A stretch of DNA of 64,000 nucleotides from Pocillopora damicornis (Eukaryota): assembly GCF_003704095.1 (NCBI RefSeq), contig NW_020846475.1:186001-250000 (forward strand). Direction: 5' to 3'. Of the stretch, positions 37,389 through 49,285 are shown piece by piece. Numbering within the stretch: position 1 is the stretch's first letter; every line of letters begins with the position of its first letter. Made by a program: the position numbers and the translations under genes. The notes under the pieces were generated by a model that did not search any database, had not been told where the DNA came from, and saw only the letters and a program-made list of their open reading frames with translations.

Positions 37389-38193
37389 CGCCGCCACTTT
37401 TCAGCTGAAAAATTTGAGACCTCAGACGCCTTAGTAAGTCTTAAGGAAGATAAAACTGCGAGAAGTTATGAACTATTACTTATAATCGGAATAAACGCAC
37501 TCAAAATGAAATTTCTTACTTTCCTATCCTTTGTGATTCTTATCATCAAGTAACATCTGTTCTAATCTATTGTTAAACACTCGCTACAATAAATATCAGT
37601 ATAAGGTCTGTTCAGTTTTTTCATGGTTTGAAATTGCGTTTGAGTTGCCTCAGTAAGAAGTAAGTATGGACATGGAGGTATTTTTAATAAAAATTGTTTC
37701 ACAATTTTACCTTGTGTAAAAGAAAGGAAAAAGAGTCTGTTCTTATCATCAGTAGGGTTCACCGAATGTGTTCTTTCTTCGCTGTTAATGAGCAAAGAGA
37801 AAATACTGAAGAACAAAGAAAAGTGAGCTTATTGTCTGGTTCATTTCATCATCTTTGTTGGTGATCCCTGAGTTAAACTTTCAAATAAAAAAGAGTACAG
37901 CCGGCAAATGCTATGAGTCTCAATAATAGCACCTTTTGTTCTTCAACTGTAAAGATAATTTGTGATATTATTGGCTCGTATTTCCATTGTAAACAGGGAT
38001 GGGTTTGGTAAATGAGTTTTAAGATTTAATTTGGTATTTCATTAACGGTGGATCTGAACAGCTGTGAGGTAATTAACACCAAGTTAGTCAAAGGTCACAC
38101 AAATTATTCAGCATCTTAAAGTTGAAAAGCTTCTGTCAAAGTTTCTTCGACTAAGTTTTCACCAAACAGAACTTTTTGCATAAGGATAAAACT

Positions 38194-39210
38194 ATGGAAA
38201 ACACTTCCACGGCTAATATAAGCAAAGTGAATGTTCTTGTCTTGCCAACGGTTCCTATTTCAAGACCAGAAGGCATAGCATGGTGCATTTCATTTTCTTT
38301 GCTTTCTATTTTTATTGTCGTTGGAAACCTTCTCACAATAATTCTCTTTGTAGTTAAAAAAAGAGTTCGGAAAAAAAGCTTGTATTTTGTGATCAGTATG
38401 GCTTCCGCTGATCTGATGTTAGGAACTTTGGGTCTTCCACTTTATGTTCAAATTCTTATCAGCACTGATTACTATCGACTTTCCACACCAAAGATGAATT
38501 GGACTTTGGTTTATGTGTCTAGGAGTTCTTACAAACTTTCGTTGTTTGTGTCACTTACGTCTGCGGCTTTGATATCCTATGAGAGGTTTTACGCTATACA
38601 TTTCCCGTTCAAGCACAGAACAAAAACAACGAAGGGATACAACACTGTCATTTTCATAATATGGACACTTTCTCTACTATGGGAAATCGGCTTCGCCTTC
38701 CAATCATTCGAGTCTTTTGCGAGGTATATTTCTACATCATTCGGTGCTGTTTTCACAGTCATCATTTGCGGGTGCAACTTTGCCATTTGGAGAAAGTTTA
38801 AACACGAGAGCGTCGCATCAAAACACAAAAACAGAGAAGCGCAAAATATGCGTCTGACAAAAACTTTAATGTTTGCGTCTATTCTTACTTTGCTTTGCTG
38901 GCTGCCCCTGATTATTGTGAGATTTTGTGAAAGAGTAAGTAGATATTACATTATTGCCGTCTTCCTTAATAGCTGCAATTCATTTGTAAATCCAGTTTTG
39001 TATGCAATGAAAATTCCAGAGTTACGACGTGCGTTAGCTCTATGCTGTATCAAACGACGAGCCGAGATATCGATGAACGAGACAAATTTTGCAGTTCGAA
39101 GGAACACGGCAGCCATTCCAAAGGGGGAGACGACACTCCGAACAATTCACACTGATTTCGGTAACCTTCACCGCAAGTTTAATGAATGCGTTATGGATAC
39201 CAAGCTGTAG
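38194..39210 (+). CDS. Intronless class A GPCR, cluster member 4 (head-to-head with member 3)
   Basis: ATG at 38194; SMASAD, YERF, CWLP, NPVLY; ends MDTKL*. Confidence 0.93.
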   Translation: MENTSTANISKVNVLVLPTVPISRPEGIAWCISFSLLSIFIVVGNLLTIILFVVKKRVRKKSLYFVISMASADLMLGTLGLPLYVQILISTDYYRLSTPKMNWTLVYVSRSSYKLSLFVSLTSAALISYERFYAIHFPFKHRTKTTKGYNTVIFIIWTLSLLWEIGFAFQSFESFARYISTSFGAVFTVIICGCNFAIWRKFKHESVASKHKNREAQNMRLTKTLMFASILTLLCWLPLIIVRFCERVSRYYIIAVFLNSCNSFVNPVLYAMKIPELRRALALCCIKRRAEISMNETNFAVRRNTAAIPKGETTLRTIHTDFGNLHRKFNECVMDTKL

Positions 39211-40358
39211 TGACCCTTGGTATGAAACCGATACAAATTTGAGTCTGACCTAAGGGTGAAGGGAAGATTACGCAATAAAAGTTTTGCTATGCTGTAAATG
39301 ACAATAATAAATATATAAATAAAATACTACACGGCATTAAGTAAAACAGTGAACTTTGCTGTTATCATCACCACATCAGTTTCCATTTTTATGGTCAGCA
39401 CACTGTATTGTGCTCTATCTACTACTTGATCTTGGATGTAAGAGTAAGGGAGTATAACATTGAGGTTAAGTAAACAGACAGGTCCGCTGAGCGTGCAAAT
39501 ATCATATAGATGTTGTTGATTACAATGTACAAAACTTCTTACAATTTCCTGGAGGAGTTTTCATGAAGGTCAGAAAAACTTTTAATACCTATTGTTACTT
39601 GCAATTCAATTCAATTTCACCCGTGAAGCAGTCGAGGGTTTGCATAACTTTAGGGAAGTTTTGTTGGATAATAACTTTTCCTGACTCATTATGAATAAAA
39701 AAAAAAAAGTTAACGAGTATCATTACCAATGTGAAAGTAGTTTTTTACATCAAGAATGTCTCAGATAAAATGACATTTTATAAAACATTTGAAGGCCAAA
39801 ACACGGCAACCGAAAGGCTGTGCGATGTTTGCTTCGGCAGTTTGAGATACTTAAAGTTTGTAGCACATAGTATGATGTGCGTTTTCGTGAAAATTTTGCT
39901 GAGGAAAATCTTGCGGAGGATTTTGAATGTGTACTGCGCATTTTGTTGCACATTTTGTCGTCTTTGCTTGAACTACTTTGACGATGTCGTCCGGCGTAGT
40001 CTCAAGCGGTCTGAAATGTTGTTAAGAAACAAGTTTTCATATGCAAGTCGTTGACTACATCTTCGTATCCATAGCTTTCTTATCAAAATTTTGTCGAGGG
40101 CTGTTTAAATCTGTGTAAAAGTTCTCAGCCGTGTCTCTCGCGATGAGAAGGCTACCTTGTTTTGTTTCAGCTTCGTTGCTTTTCACGTTCACTCTAACTT
40201 AGCCGTGGATTTGTTTTTCACTGTCCCAGCTTATTCGAATAAACGATTTGAGACTTTCACGTTTAGATACGTCCTTTTTTTTTTTTTTTTAATCGCTTTC
40301 ACCATGAAGGTGTGGGACACACAACAGAGCGAGGCTCCAAATTAAGTGTTTGCCCTTA

Positions 40359-40475
40359 AGAGAGCACTGTGAGAGTAAAGTGTCTTGCTCAAGAACACAA
40401 CGCATTGTCCCGGCCAGGTCTCGAACTCAGGCCTCTCGACGCGGAGTCCAGTGCACTGACCATTACGCCACTACG
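40359..40475 (-). mobile_element. tRNA-derived SINE, 5' part
   Basis: Reverse complement has A-box gtggcgtaatggtcag and B-box gagttcgagacc, then tgtgttcttgagcaagacactttactctcacagtg; no closing tRNA acceptor stem. Confidence 0.75.
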
Positions 40476-41272
40476 AAATAAAAAAAAATTGAGATGACTG
40501 ACTCGGAAAGCTTCTTTTGCTTCTCTTACGAGCCTTTTGGAATCGGCGTCCAGTTCATGAACATCTGGTAATATTTGTTGTTTCAAGGAGACCTAAATAA
40601 TTTTTGTTGGTGATAAATATTACCATTGCCTTTTTCGGTGTTTAATCATGGATAAAATTGAGCTTGGATTGGTCTTCATTTTTAAGCTTCATTTTGACAT
40701 GCAGAGAAGTAATTTTAAACAAATTACTTTGATTCTTGACATCTGTAGCATTAACAACTGTGCAGCTTTTTCTTAGATAAAGTTCAAATTGAAAGTTGTT
40801 CACAGCAACAACAAAAAAAAAGTACTTAACTCTTTCACAGCTTGACCCGCCGACTCTACAAGCGAAAAATAAGTTTGGAACAGAAGGTGCTGTATAGTGC
40901 TCTGTTTATTGTTAACTCTTTTTGCTTTCTCGGTAGGAAAATTTATGATTAGTATCTACTTTCCTTTGCGGTAGCCGACAATGAGTATATTTTTGTCTCC
41001 CCATTTTTCGGCGCTATCAATTTGTAATCTACGGCGTGGAAAACAAAGCACGCGGTAAATCTCACGCATGAGTGTGAATAATGAAATCTTTTTTTCTGCA
41101 CGCGTAATGTAGCTTCTGAAATAATTTGTTTGCATTCAAAGTATCTCTTTCAAGCTAGCATTTACATCACTCAAATTAAGACCAATTCACGCTCAATTTA
41201 AGCTAAAACTAGCTGTGCTAAACTGAAAGAGCTTTCGACTCAGTCTTCATAGCTGAAAACGTCTCGTACAAG

Positions 41273-42457
41273 ATGGCCGCGATGGAAAACATTTCTTCGG
41301 CAAATATAAGCAAAGAAATTGAAATTACTTCACCAACGAACACCCTTTCGAGGTCAGAGGGCATTGCATGGAGTAGTGTGCTTTTCTTGTTTTCATTCTT
41401 TATCGTCGTCGGAAATATCCTCACAATTGTTCTCTTCGCAGCCAACAAGAGAGCTCGTAAAAAAAGTTTGTTTCTTCTCATTAACATGGCCTTTGCTGAT
41501 CTGCTGTTAGGAGCTTTTTGTCTTCCTGTGTACAGTTACTTTATCATCAGCAGCGGTTATCAGATTTCGATGAAAAATGTGAATTGGAAGTCGAATGTAG
41601 TCTATAATATCCTTTACAGCACTTCATTAGGGGTTTCACTGACATCTGCAGCTTTCATATCATGTGAGAGGTTTTACGCCATATATTGGCCATTCAGACA
41701 CCGAAGAGTAACAGTTCGAACATACCACATTTTCATTTTTNNNNNNNNNNNNNNNNNNNNNNNNNNNNNNNNNNNNNNNNNNNNNNNNNNNNNNNNNNNN
41801 NNNNNNNNNNNNNNNNNNNNNNNNNNNNNNNNNNNNNNNNGGCCATTCAGACACCGAAGAGTAACAGTTCGAACATACCACATTTTCATTTTTATATCGT
41901 GGACGCTAATAGTTACAGCGACTGCTATTAAAAACGTTTATTCAAAATCAAATTTCATGAGGTATCTTTTTTCATCATACATCTTTACTGTAACATGCAT
42001 CATCTGTGGATGCAACATCGCCATTTGGAGAAAAGTTCAACACGGAAACGTCATTTCACAGCAGAAAAACAGAGACGTGCAAAATGTGCGTTTGACAAAA
42101 ACTTTAATGTTTGCTTTCATACTTAACTTGCTTTGCTGGATCCCTTCGGCTATTGTGAGTAGTATCGACCGTGAAAGTGTTTCAATACCGGCGAGATGGC
42201 TCTTTATTACAATTACTCTCAATAGTTGCAACGCATTTATAAACCCTTTACTGTATGCAGTGAGAGTTCCGGAGTTTCGAAAANNNNNNNNNNTGAGCTG
42301 TGTCAGAAAGCGCGCAAAAATGAACCCAGAAAACATTAAAACCAGAGGAAATCACGCAGCCGTTTTGTCACAAGAGACATACCTTAAGGCTTATGAGAGC
42401 GAGTCCAATACCCATGCACTTAAATTTCATAAAAACTTTGTGGAAACCAAGCTGTAG
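41273..42457 (+). CDS. Intronless class A GPCR, cluster member 5 (spans an assembly gap; true length probably ~343 aa)
   Basis: NMAFAD, CERF, CWIP, NPLLY; ends FVETKL*; a 53-bp sequence is duplicated on both sides of the 100-N gap. Confidence 0.88.
   Translation: MAAMENISSANISKEIEITSPTNTLSRSEGIAWSSVLFLFSFFIVVGNILTIVLFAANKRARKKSLFLLINMAFADLLLGAFCLPVYSYFIISSGYQISMKNVNWKSNVVYNILYSTSLGVSLTSAAFISCERFYAIYWPFRHRRVTVRTYHIFIFXXXXXXXXXXXXXXXXXXXXXXXXXXXXXXXXXXPFRHRRVTVRTYHIFIFISWTLIVTATAIKNVYSKSNFMRYLFSSYIFTVTCIICGCNIAIWRKVQHGNVISQQKNRDVQNVRLTKTLMFAFILNLLCWIPSAIVSSIDRESVSIPARWLFITITLNSCNAFINPLLYAVRVPEFRKXXXXSCVRKRAKMNPENIKTRGNHAAVLSQETYLKAYESESNTHALKFHKNFVETKL
41741..41840. other. Assembly gap (100 N) with overlapping flanks
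   Basis: 41688-41740 is identical to 41841-41893; further ~10-N gaps near 42284, 46312, 47037, 47455 and 61652. Confidence 0.95.
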
Positions 42458-44658
42458 TTTACCTACTATAAAACAAATAGAGATTGCATGTCTGTTTCTA
42501 AACGGAGCTCCGGCCTGCAAAGTGCGCCAGCGGAGCCCCACATTCAAGATGCCACAGTGTACTTGATGAAGCCTACAAAATTGAATTTACGCGTGATGAC
42601 TGAAGGTTTATGTGAAGAAGAGAATTCTCATTGTCGATAAATTACATTGTGGAAATTTCGGATGAAATAAAAGGATGTAGTATTAGAATACTGTAACTCC
42701 GCTTTCCAGCCTTGCTAAATCAATGCAGCACGCAAAGTTGTTTTCACTGCTCATGAGGACGCCCGTGTTACTCTCAAATGTTCGAGACACTTTCTCTTTA
42801 ATGAACAATGATCCCAACTTTGTGAAATATATTTTAGGAAATCATTTTCACTCGTTTAACTCACTGATATCATCTTGTTCAAGAGATTTTCTTACAGAGC
42901 AACCTTTCCTACGGCAAAGTGACTTTATGACAATTTTACAAGTGCATGTAAAGCTAAGTGAAGCTAATAAAATTGAGATGAGCATAAAGATTTGCATGGA
43001 TCTAGCACCAAGTATTCAGGGAGTCTTGTAAAAGTCTTCTGACATTTTTCAATATGCAAAAAGGAAACTGGCAAAATAGTATAACCAGGTCCTACTGATG
43101 CAGAAAATGATAGAATCCTTTGTTGACTCCACACGAAAAGCAAATTGTAAAATAATTTGTTCAAGAAAAATTAACTGCGTTAAGCTGAGCATTGACTTTG
43201 AACTCAAAGGTTCGTTAAGCTTTAGAAAAGGAGACCAATTTATACGCAATTTAAGATGCTAGAAAACTGCCGATATTTCCACTATAAAGCTATTGGTCAT
43301 CGATCGCCAAGGTGTGTCAATTACTTTAACATATAAATTTTCATGTAATTACCTAGGTCGATATTGTAACTCATGAAGCTTACATAAGTTGTTTTTCACG
43401 TGATAGCCGAGAGTTTTGCTTTAATTTATTTTTGATCCTCTGCAGGATAAAAAAGAAGAATATAAATTATCTACAACATGATATATTTTTTTGCCACTGA
43501 CCTCCTAAATTGCAGTTTAGTAAGAAGAATTATTGGCAAAGTTGGCAAACCCGCTACGGATATCAATAACAGAATCTTTTGTTCTATATAAACTAAACGT
43601 TATTCTGTGAAATAATTGGTTGAGAAAATACTTTTCTGCAAATTGTGTTGGTTTCTCTTTGGATGGAAAAACAGTTTACAAGTTGAGGCTGATGAGTCCT
43701 TATTGGGTGAACCGAGATTCGATTGCTCATGCAAACATTACATTGATCCCAAAATATATCACCACAGCTTTTGACTCTTGTAACCATCGTCAATCTTGTT
43801 TATGGTGGAGACTGAAAGTTTCAATCGCTCAGTTAAAAATTTGCAACAATGAAAACATCTGCTGCAAAAAATCAAGACCCTCTTTTATCCACCAGCGCTT
43901 TCAATTTGCAGAAAGAAATTAAAATGCACAATAATTAACTCCTGTTGATGCAGATATTGATAAAGTCTTCTGTTGTTTCCACGCACGTTTAAGCAATTTG
44001 TGCAATCATTTGTCAAAGGAAAAAATACAATGAATAAGCGGGAATTTCTAACTTAAAAGTTCAGTATGCTTCATTACAAAGGGAAAACAATCTAAACGCG
44101 TTTTAAATGCCTCAGTAAACAGAAAAAACCAGTATTTATTTTGCAAAGCTTTTGGTCACAAACCTTCTTTGACGAATGTCAGCAGAGAGATCACCTTCGC
44201 TTTGTCAATTAAGGAATGTTCTTTCCTCGACAAAAGCATCGAATAAAGTTTGGTTTTCAGTTCTCTTTTCTTTGGCTTTCTCGTCAGGAAAATTTATTAT
44301 TAGAATCTGTTTCCCTTTGTGACAGCAGAAGAGGACTGCCATTTTTTTCTCCATTGTTCAGCACTTTCAATTTCTATCTACTTATAAAGGAAAAGTGGCA
44401 CAACCGGTAAATTCTCAAGGTGCGAGCAATGAAATCTCTTTCCATCATGGAAAGCAATTTGTTAAATTATTTGTTTGAATTCCAAATAATCATAGGGTAA
44501 AGCTGGTGACTTCATTCATTCTTCCTAACAGCGGATATGCACCGCTGTTAGGCAAGTTGGTCACTACTCCCAATTATGACTCAATGGCGCAAACTCGAAA
44601 AGCTTTCCTATGAAGCGTGGTAGACTCAGTCTTAAAAGAAGATAACCTTTTGCGCGAG

Positions 44659-45694
44659 ATGGCACCGATGAATAACACATTTTCAGCAAATGTTAGCATA
44701 GATGTAAAACCTGGTTTGTCCTTAAAAGCTCTTTCGAGGCCAGAAGGTATTGCATGGTGCGCTGTTTTCTCCTTGGTTTCTTTCTTTATTGCCGTTGTAA
44801 ACCTCCTCATAATTTTCCTCTTCTCGGCCAACAAAAGAGTTCGTCAAAAAAAGTTTGTATCTCGTGATTAGTATGGCTTTGGCTGATCTGCTGTTAGGGG
44901 TTTTTGCTCTTCCCATCTACATCTATGTCTTAATTAGCAATGGTTATCAGTTTTCGCTGACGAATGTGAATTGGACTTTGTCTCAAGTCTATGTGCTCTC
45001 ATACGGGATTTCAATCTGGGTTTCATTGAAATCTGCAGTTTTCATATCATGTGAGAGGCTTTAAGTCGTACATTGGCCATTCAAACACAGAACGCTAACC
45101 GCGCGAACATACCACGTTGTCTTATTTATCTTATGGACGCTTTGTCTCCTGAAAGCCACTGCCCCTTTTTACTTACGATCATACAAGTATTTCATCAGTT
45201 ATGTTCGTTTATCATACGGTGTTATTGCAACAAGCATCATTTGCGGAAGTAACATCGCCATTTGGAGAAAATTTCGACGCAGAAACGTCACTTCACAACA
45301 GAAAAAAAGGGACGAGAAAAATGTTCGTTTGACGAAGACTTTAATGTTTGCTTCAATTCCTAATTTGCTTTGCTGGGTCCCTTTCATTATTGTATTTAGT
45401 GCACGGAATGAGAGTGTTTCAGTACCGATGAGGTGGATCGTTATTGCTTCTGTTCTCAATAGTTGTAATGCTCTTATAAATCCGGTTATGTATGCATTGA
45501 GAATTCCAGAGTTTCGACAAGCACTGGCTCTCAGCTGTGTCACAAAGCGAGTTGAAATGAAACCGGGAATAGTTGTAATCAAAGGAAACAACGAAAACTT
45601 TTTGAGAGGAGAGACAAAACTAAGAGCTTGTCACAACGAGCCTGATAACCTGGCATCAAGGTCTGATAACGATGAAATGGAAACCAAACTGTAG
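44659..45694 (+). pseudogene. GPCR pseudogene, cluster member 6
   Basis: +1 frameshift in the A-run at about 44845-44852; in-frame TAA at 45062-45064 (ERL* in place of ERFY); tail still ends EMETKL*. Confidence 0.88.
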
Positions 45695-46263
45695 CTAACC
45701 TAGGTATGTAACTAATAAAAATTTCGCCGTCTGTAAAATTTTTTCTCTGGCGGAGTCAGGGCACGTAAAGTGCACTATCAGAGCCCCATATCACACGTTT
45801 TTGTATCTATTTCAACCGACAAAAGTCAGTGAACGCGTTAACTAAGAGATGGCATGTAAATGGATGTCATCAAATCGAGGCGATCAGTGTTCTTAATCTT
45901 ACATCAATAACTTAATGGAGTCTGACATTATGGTTTGTTTATCTATAGAAAAAGTGTTTATTTGCTATCACTGTAAAATCGTTTCCATTCATAATCTTTC
46001 TCACTATCCTCGTCGATTAACTCTTTTTATGTTTTGTTTTTTCTTTTGATGGAGGTACATGTAGTTTTGCATGACGTAGAAAACGATTAAAAATTTAAAC
46101 CCGTCTTACAGTTCTCTTCCATTCTGATTTCTGAAATAAATGATTTGCTTCTTGAGGAAATTCGGCAATATACTCAGCGTACAAATGTATTTTTCCTATA
46201 AGAAGCAGGGACATGCTCAGATGTATACTTTGTTCAGCAGTCAAAGCCGTAAACTTTCCATTT

Positions 46264-47320
46264 TTATTTGGTGAATTGTCTCGAATCACCGGTCTTTCTT
46301 TTAAATATCTTNNNNNNNNNNTGTAACTTCGAGCTTTTATATCTCGTACCATACCCTCCACCGCCACCACGTCTCTGAATTCTCTCTTCTTTCCTGCTGT
46401 GGACATCTGGTGGAGCTTGTTAAGGCTGAATATACAAAGTGTCATAAACACTAAGCTGCCCCACTTTCCTCAAAATTCGAGGTGTGCCTCATTTACGAGT
46501 GCAACTTGTACGTGCCAATTTAAAATCAGATGACGAGGAAGTAAAAGTTAACATGAATTGTTAATAAAATCAGAGAGATGATATATTTGTTAGCTCAGTG
46601 ATGCAATCGAGGAAGATGGATTTTCTTCTTATCACAAGGATGGGACAAAGAAAAAGTCCCAAGTCCCTGTTTTTTAGCCCATAACACTAACTTCACCCGA
46701 ATTAAACAATAAATACTTGGAGGGACCACAAAGCCAAAGGCAGGAGCCACTCTTCGGAGGTCGAGAGCGTTCACGTTAAAGATGCTCTTGTGTTGATGCG
46801 AGGCGTACGCCTGTAAATACGATTTGTAGGCTTCTCGAGCCGATTTATGGAGGTAGTAGTTCTTTTCTATCAGTTTCTCCAGCTGTGAGAAAAATAACTT
46901 TCATAATTGGTTGGAAAAACAAAAAAGCAATGAAAAAGAGTCAGTCTCATGATAGAGTTTAATCGTTTGGGGACCTCTAACGAATGTTGTAAACCCCGAC
47001 GTTCGAATTGCATTTTGCTAATTTTCGTCAGGTCTTNNNNNNNNNNTACATGTATGAATAGAAAACTTGCTTATGAGAGTAGCAAACCTTACTTCCGCTT
47101 TTTCTAATTTAAAGGCTTATGTTTACGTGTAACCTAGCAACGATTTTCAACAACAACAAAGCATACTCGATCCTCGTGTAAAACAGCAATACTACTGGCA
47201 TTCAGAAGGTAGTAGTTCTTTTCTATCAGTTTCTCCAGCTGTGAGAAAAAGAACTTTCATAAATGATTGGAAAAACAAGAAAGCAATGAAAAAGAGTCAG
47301 TCTCACGATAGAGTTCAATC
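46264..47320 (-). pseudogene. Duplicated DDX18 3' fragment (last two exons plus intron sequence)
   Basis: Matches 54304-55325; last-exon copy at 46264-46406; penultimate-exon copy at about 46720-46883 has lost its donor site. Confidence 0.9.
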
Positions 47321-47443
47321 GATTAAAACGGAAGCCACGGAAAAAACACTGGACCATATCATGCTTTCTGTTTTAGAAAGAGGACTGGCTTGCAAATGGA
47401 TTGCAGTTTCTCTGCTTATATTTGCCGCAGATGTGTTTTTCAT
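47320..47443 (-). pseudogene. Truncated 5' fragment of a copy of GPCR member 3 at the duplication junction
   Basis: MKNTSAANISRETAIHLQASPLSKTESMIWSSVFSVASVLID*, homologous to 37265-37388. Confidence 0.85.
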
Positions 47444-48253
47444 CGCCGCCACTTNNNNNNNNNNAAATTTGAGACCTCAGACGCCTTAGTAAATCTTAAG
47501 GAAGATAAAACTGCGAGAAGTTCTGAATTGTTACATCTAATCGGAATAAACGCATTCAAAAATGAAATCTCTTACTTTCCTCTTCTTCTGACTCTCATCA
47601 TCAAGTAACATCTGTTCTAATTTACTGTTAAACACTCGCTACAATAAATCTAAGTATACACCAAGTTCTATTCAGTTTATTAATGGTTTAAAATAGCGTT
47701 TGAGTTGCCTCAGTAAGAAGTGAGTATGGACAAAGAGGTATTTTTCATATAAATTGTCTCACAGTTTTACCTTGTGTAAAAAAAATGGAAAAAGACTGTT
47801 CTTACCATCCGAGTCAGTGGGGTTCACCGAATGTGTTATCTTCCCTCTCTGAAAAACAAAGAAAAGTGAGCTTAATCTATGGTTCATTTCATGATCCTTG
47901 TTGGTGATCCCTGGGTAGCAGAAAAAAGTTAAACTTTCAGATGAAAAAGAGCACAGCCGGCAAATCCTATGAGTCTCAATAATAGCACCTTCTGTTCTTC
48001 AACTGAAAAGATAATTCGTGAAATTATATTGGCTCATATTTCCATTGTAAACAGAGATGGGTTTGGTAAATGAGTTTTAAGATTCAATTTGGTACTCTAT
48101 TAACAGCAGATCTGAACAGTTGTGAGGTGATTAACACTAAGTTACAGGTCACACAGATTAGTCAACATTTTAAAGTTGAAAAGCTTCCGTCAAAAGTTTC
48201 CTCGATTTGACTAAGTCTTCACCAAACAGAACCTCTTACGCAAGGTTGAAACC

Positions 48254-49285
48254 ATGGAAAACACTTCTACGGCAAATATAAGCAAAGTCAATGTTCTTGA
48301 CTTGGCAACGGTTCCTATTTCAAGACCAGAAGGCATAGCATGGTGCATTTCACTTTCTTTTCTTTCTTTTTTTACTGTCGTTGGAAACCTTCTCATAATA
48401 ATTCTCTTTTCAGTTAACAAAAGAGTTCGGAAAAAAAGCTTGTATTTTGTGATCAATATGGCTTCCGCTGATCTGATGTTAGGAACTTTGGGTCTTCCAC
48501 TTTATGTTCAATTTCTTATCAGCACTGATTACTATCGACTTTCCACACCAAAGATGAATTGGACTTTGGTTTATGTGTCTAGGAGTTCTTACAAACTTTC
48601 GTTGTTTGTGTCACTTACGTCTGCGGCTTTGATATCCTATGAGAGGTTTTACGCCATATATTGGCCATTCAGACACCGAAGAGTAACAGTTCGAACATAC
48701 CACATTTTCATTTTTAAATCGTGGACGCTAAATGTCCCAATGAATGCTATTGGCTACGTTTATTTAAAATCAAACAACGATTTCATCAGGTATGTCAATA
48801 CATCATGCATTTTTGCTGTAACATGCATCATCTGTGGATGCAACATCGCAATTTGGAGAAAATTTCAACACGGAGACGTCATTTCACAACAGAAGAACAG
48901 AGACGTGCAAAATGTGCGTTTGACAAAAACTTTAATGTTTGCTTCCATACTTAACTTACTTTGCTGGATCCCTTTAGCCACGGTGTTTGGTATCGACCAT
49001 GAAAGTGTTTTAATACGGACGAGATGGCTCGTTACTACTGTTGCTCTCAATAGTTGCAACGCATTTATAAACCCTTTACTGTATGCAATGAGAGTTCCGG
49101 AGTTTCGAAAAGCGTTGGCGCTGAGCTGTGTCAGAAAGCGCGCACAAATGAACCCAGAAAATCTTAAAACCAGAGAAAATCCCGCAACTGTTTTGTCACG
49201 AGAGGCACACTTAAGGGCTTTTCAGAGCGAGTCCAATACCAAAGCACTTAAATTTCGTAAAAACTTTATGGAAACCAAGCTGTAG
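48254..49285 (+). CDS. Intronless class A GPCR, chimera of members 4 (5' part) and 5 (3' part)
   Basis: Intact 343-aa ORF; N-terminus to TM3 matches the 38194 gene, ICL2 to C-terminus matches the 41273 gene; ends FMETKL*. Confidence 0.92.
   Translation: MENTSTANISKVNVLDLATVPISRPEGIAWCISLSFLSFFTVVGNLLIIILFSVNKRVRKKSLYFVINMASADLMLGTLGLPLYVQFLISTDYYRLSTPKMNWTLVYVSRSSYKLSLFVSLTSAALISYERFYAIYWPFRHRRVTVRTYHIFIFKSWTLNVPMNAIGYVYLKSNNDFIRYVNTSCIFAVTCIICGCNIAIWRKFQHGDVISQQKNRDVQNVRLTKTLMFASILNLLCWIPLATVFGIDHESVLIRTRWLVTTVALNSCNAFINPLLYAMRVPEFRKALALSCVRKRAQMNPENLKTRENPATVLSREAHLRAFQSESNTKALKFRKNFMETKL

Noticed and set aside
39196-39210. C-terminal TKL read as a peroxisomal PTS1 signal
   Set aside because: PTS1 imports soluble matrix proteins; on a 7TM receptor tail a PDZ ligand is more plausible
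40400-40475. tRNA gene
   Set aside because: A and B boxes are present but the sequence runs into a SINE body with no acceptor stem
41688-41893. Apparent internal duplication or insertion in GPCR member 5
   Set aside because: Identical 53-bp flanks on each side of a 100-N gap indicate an unmerged contig overlap
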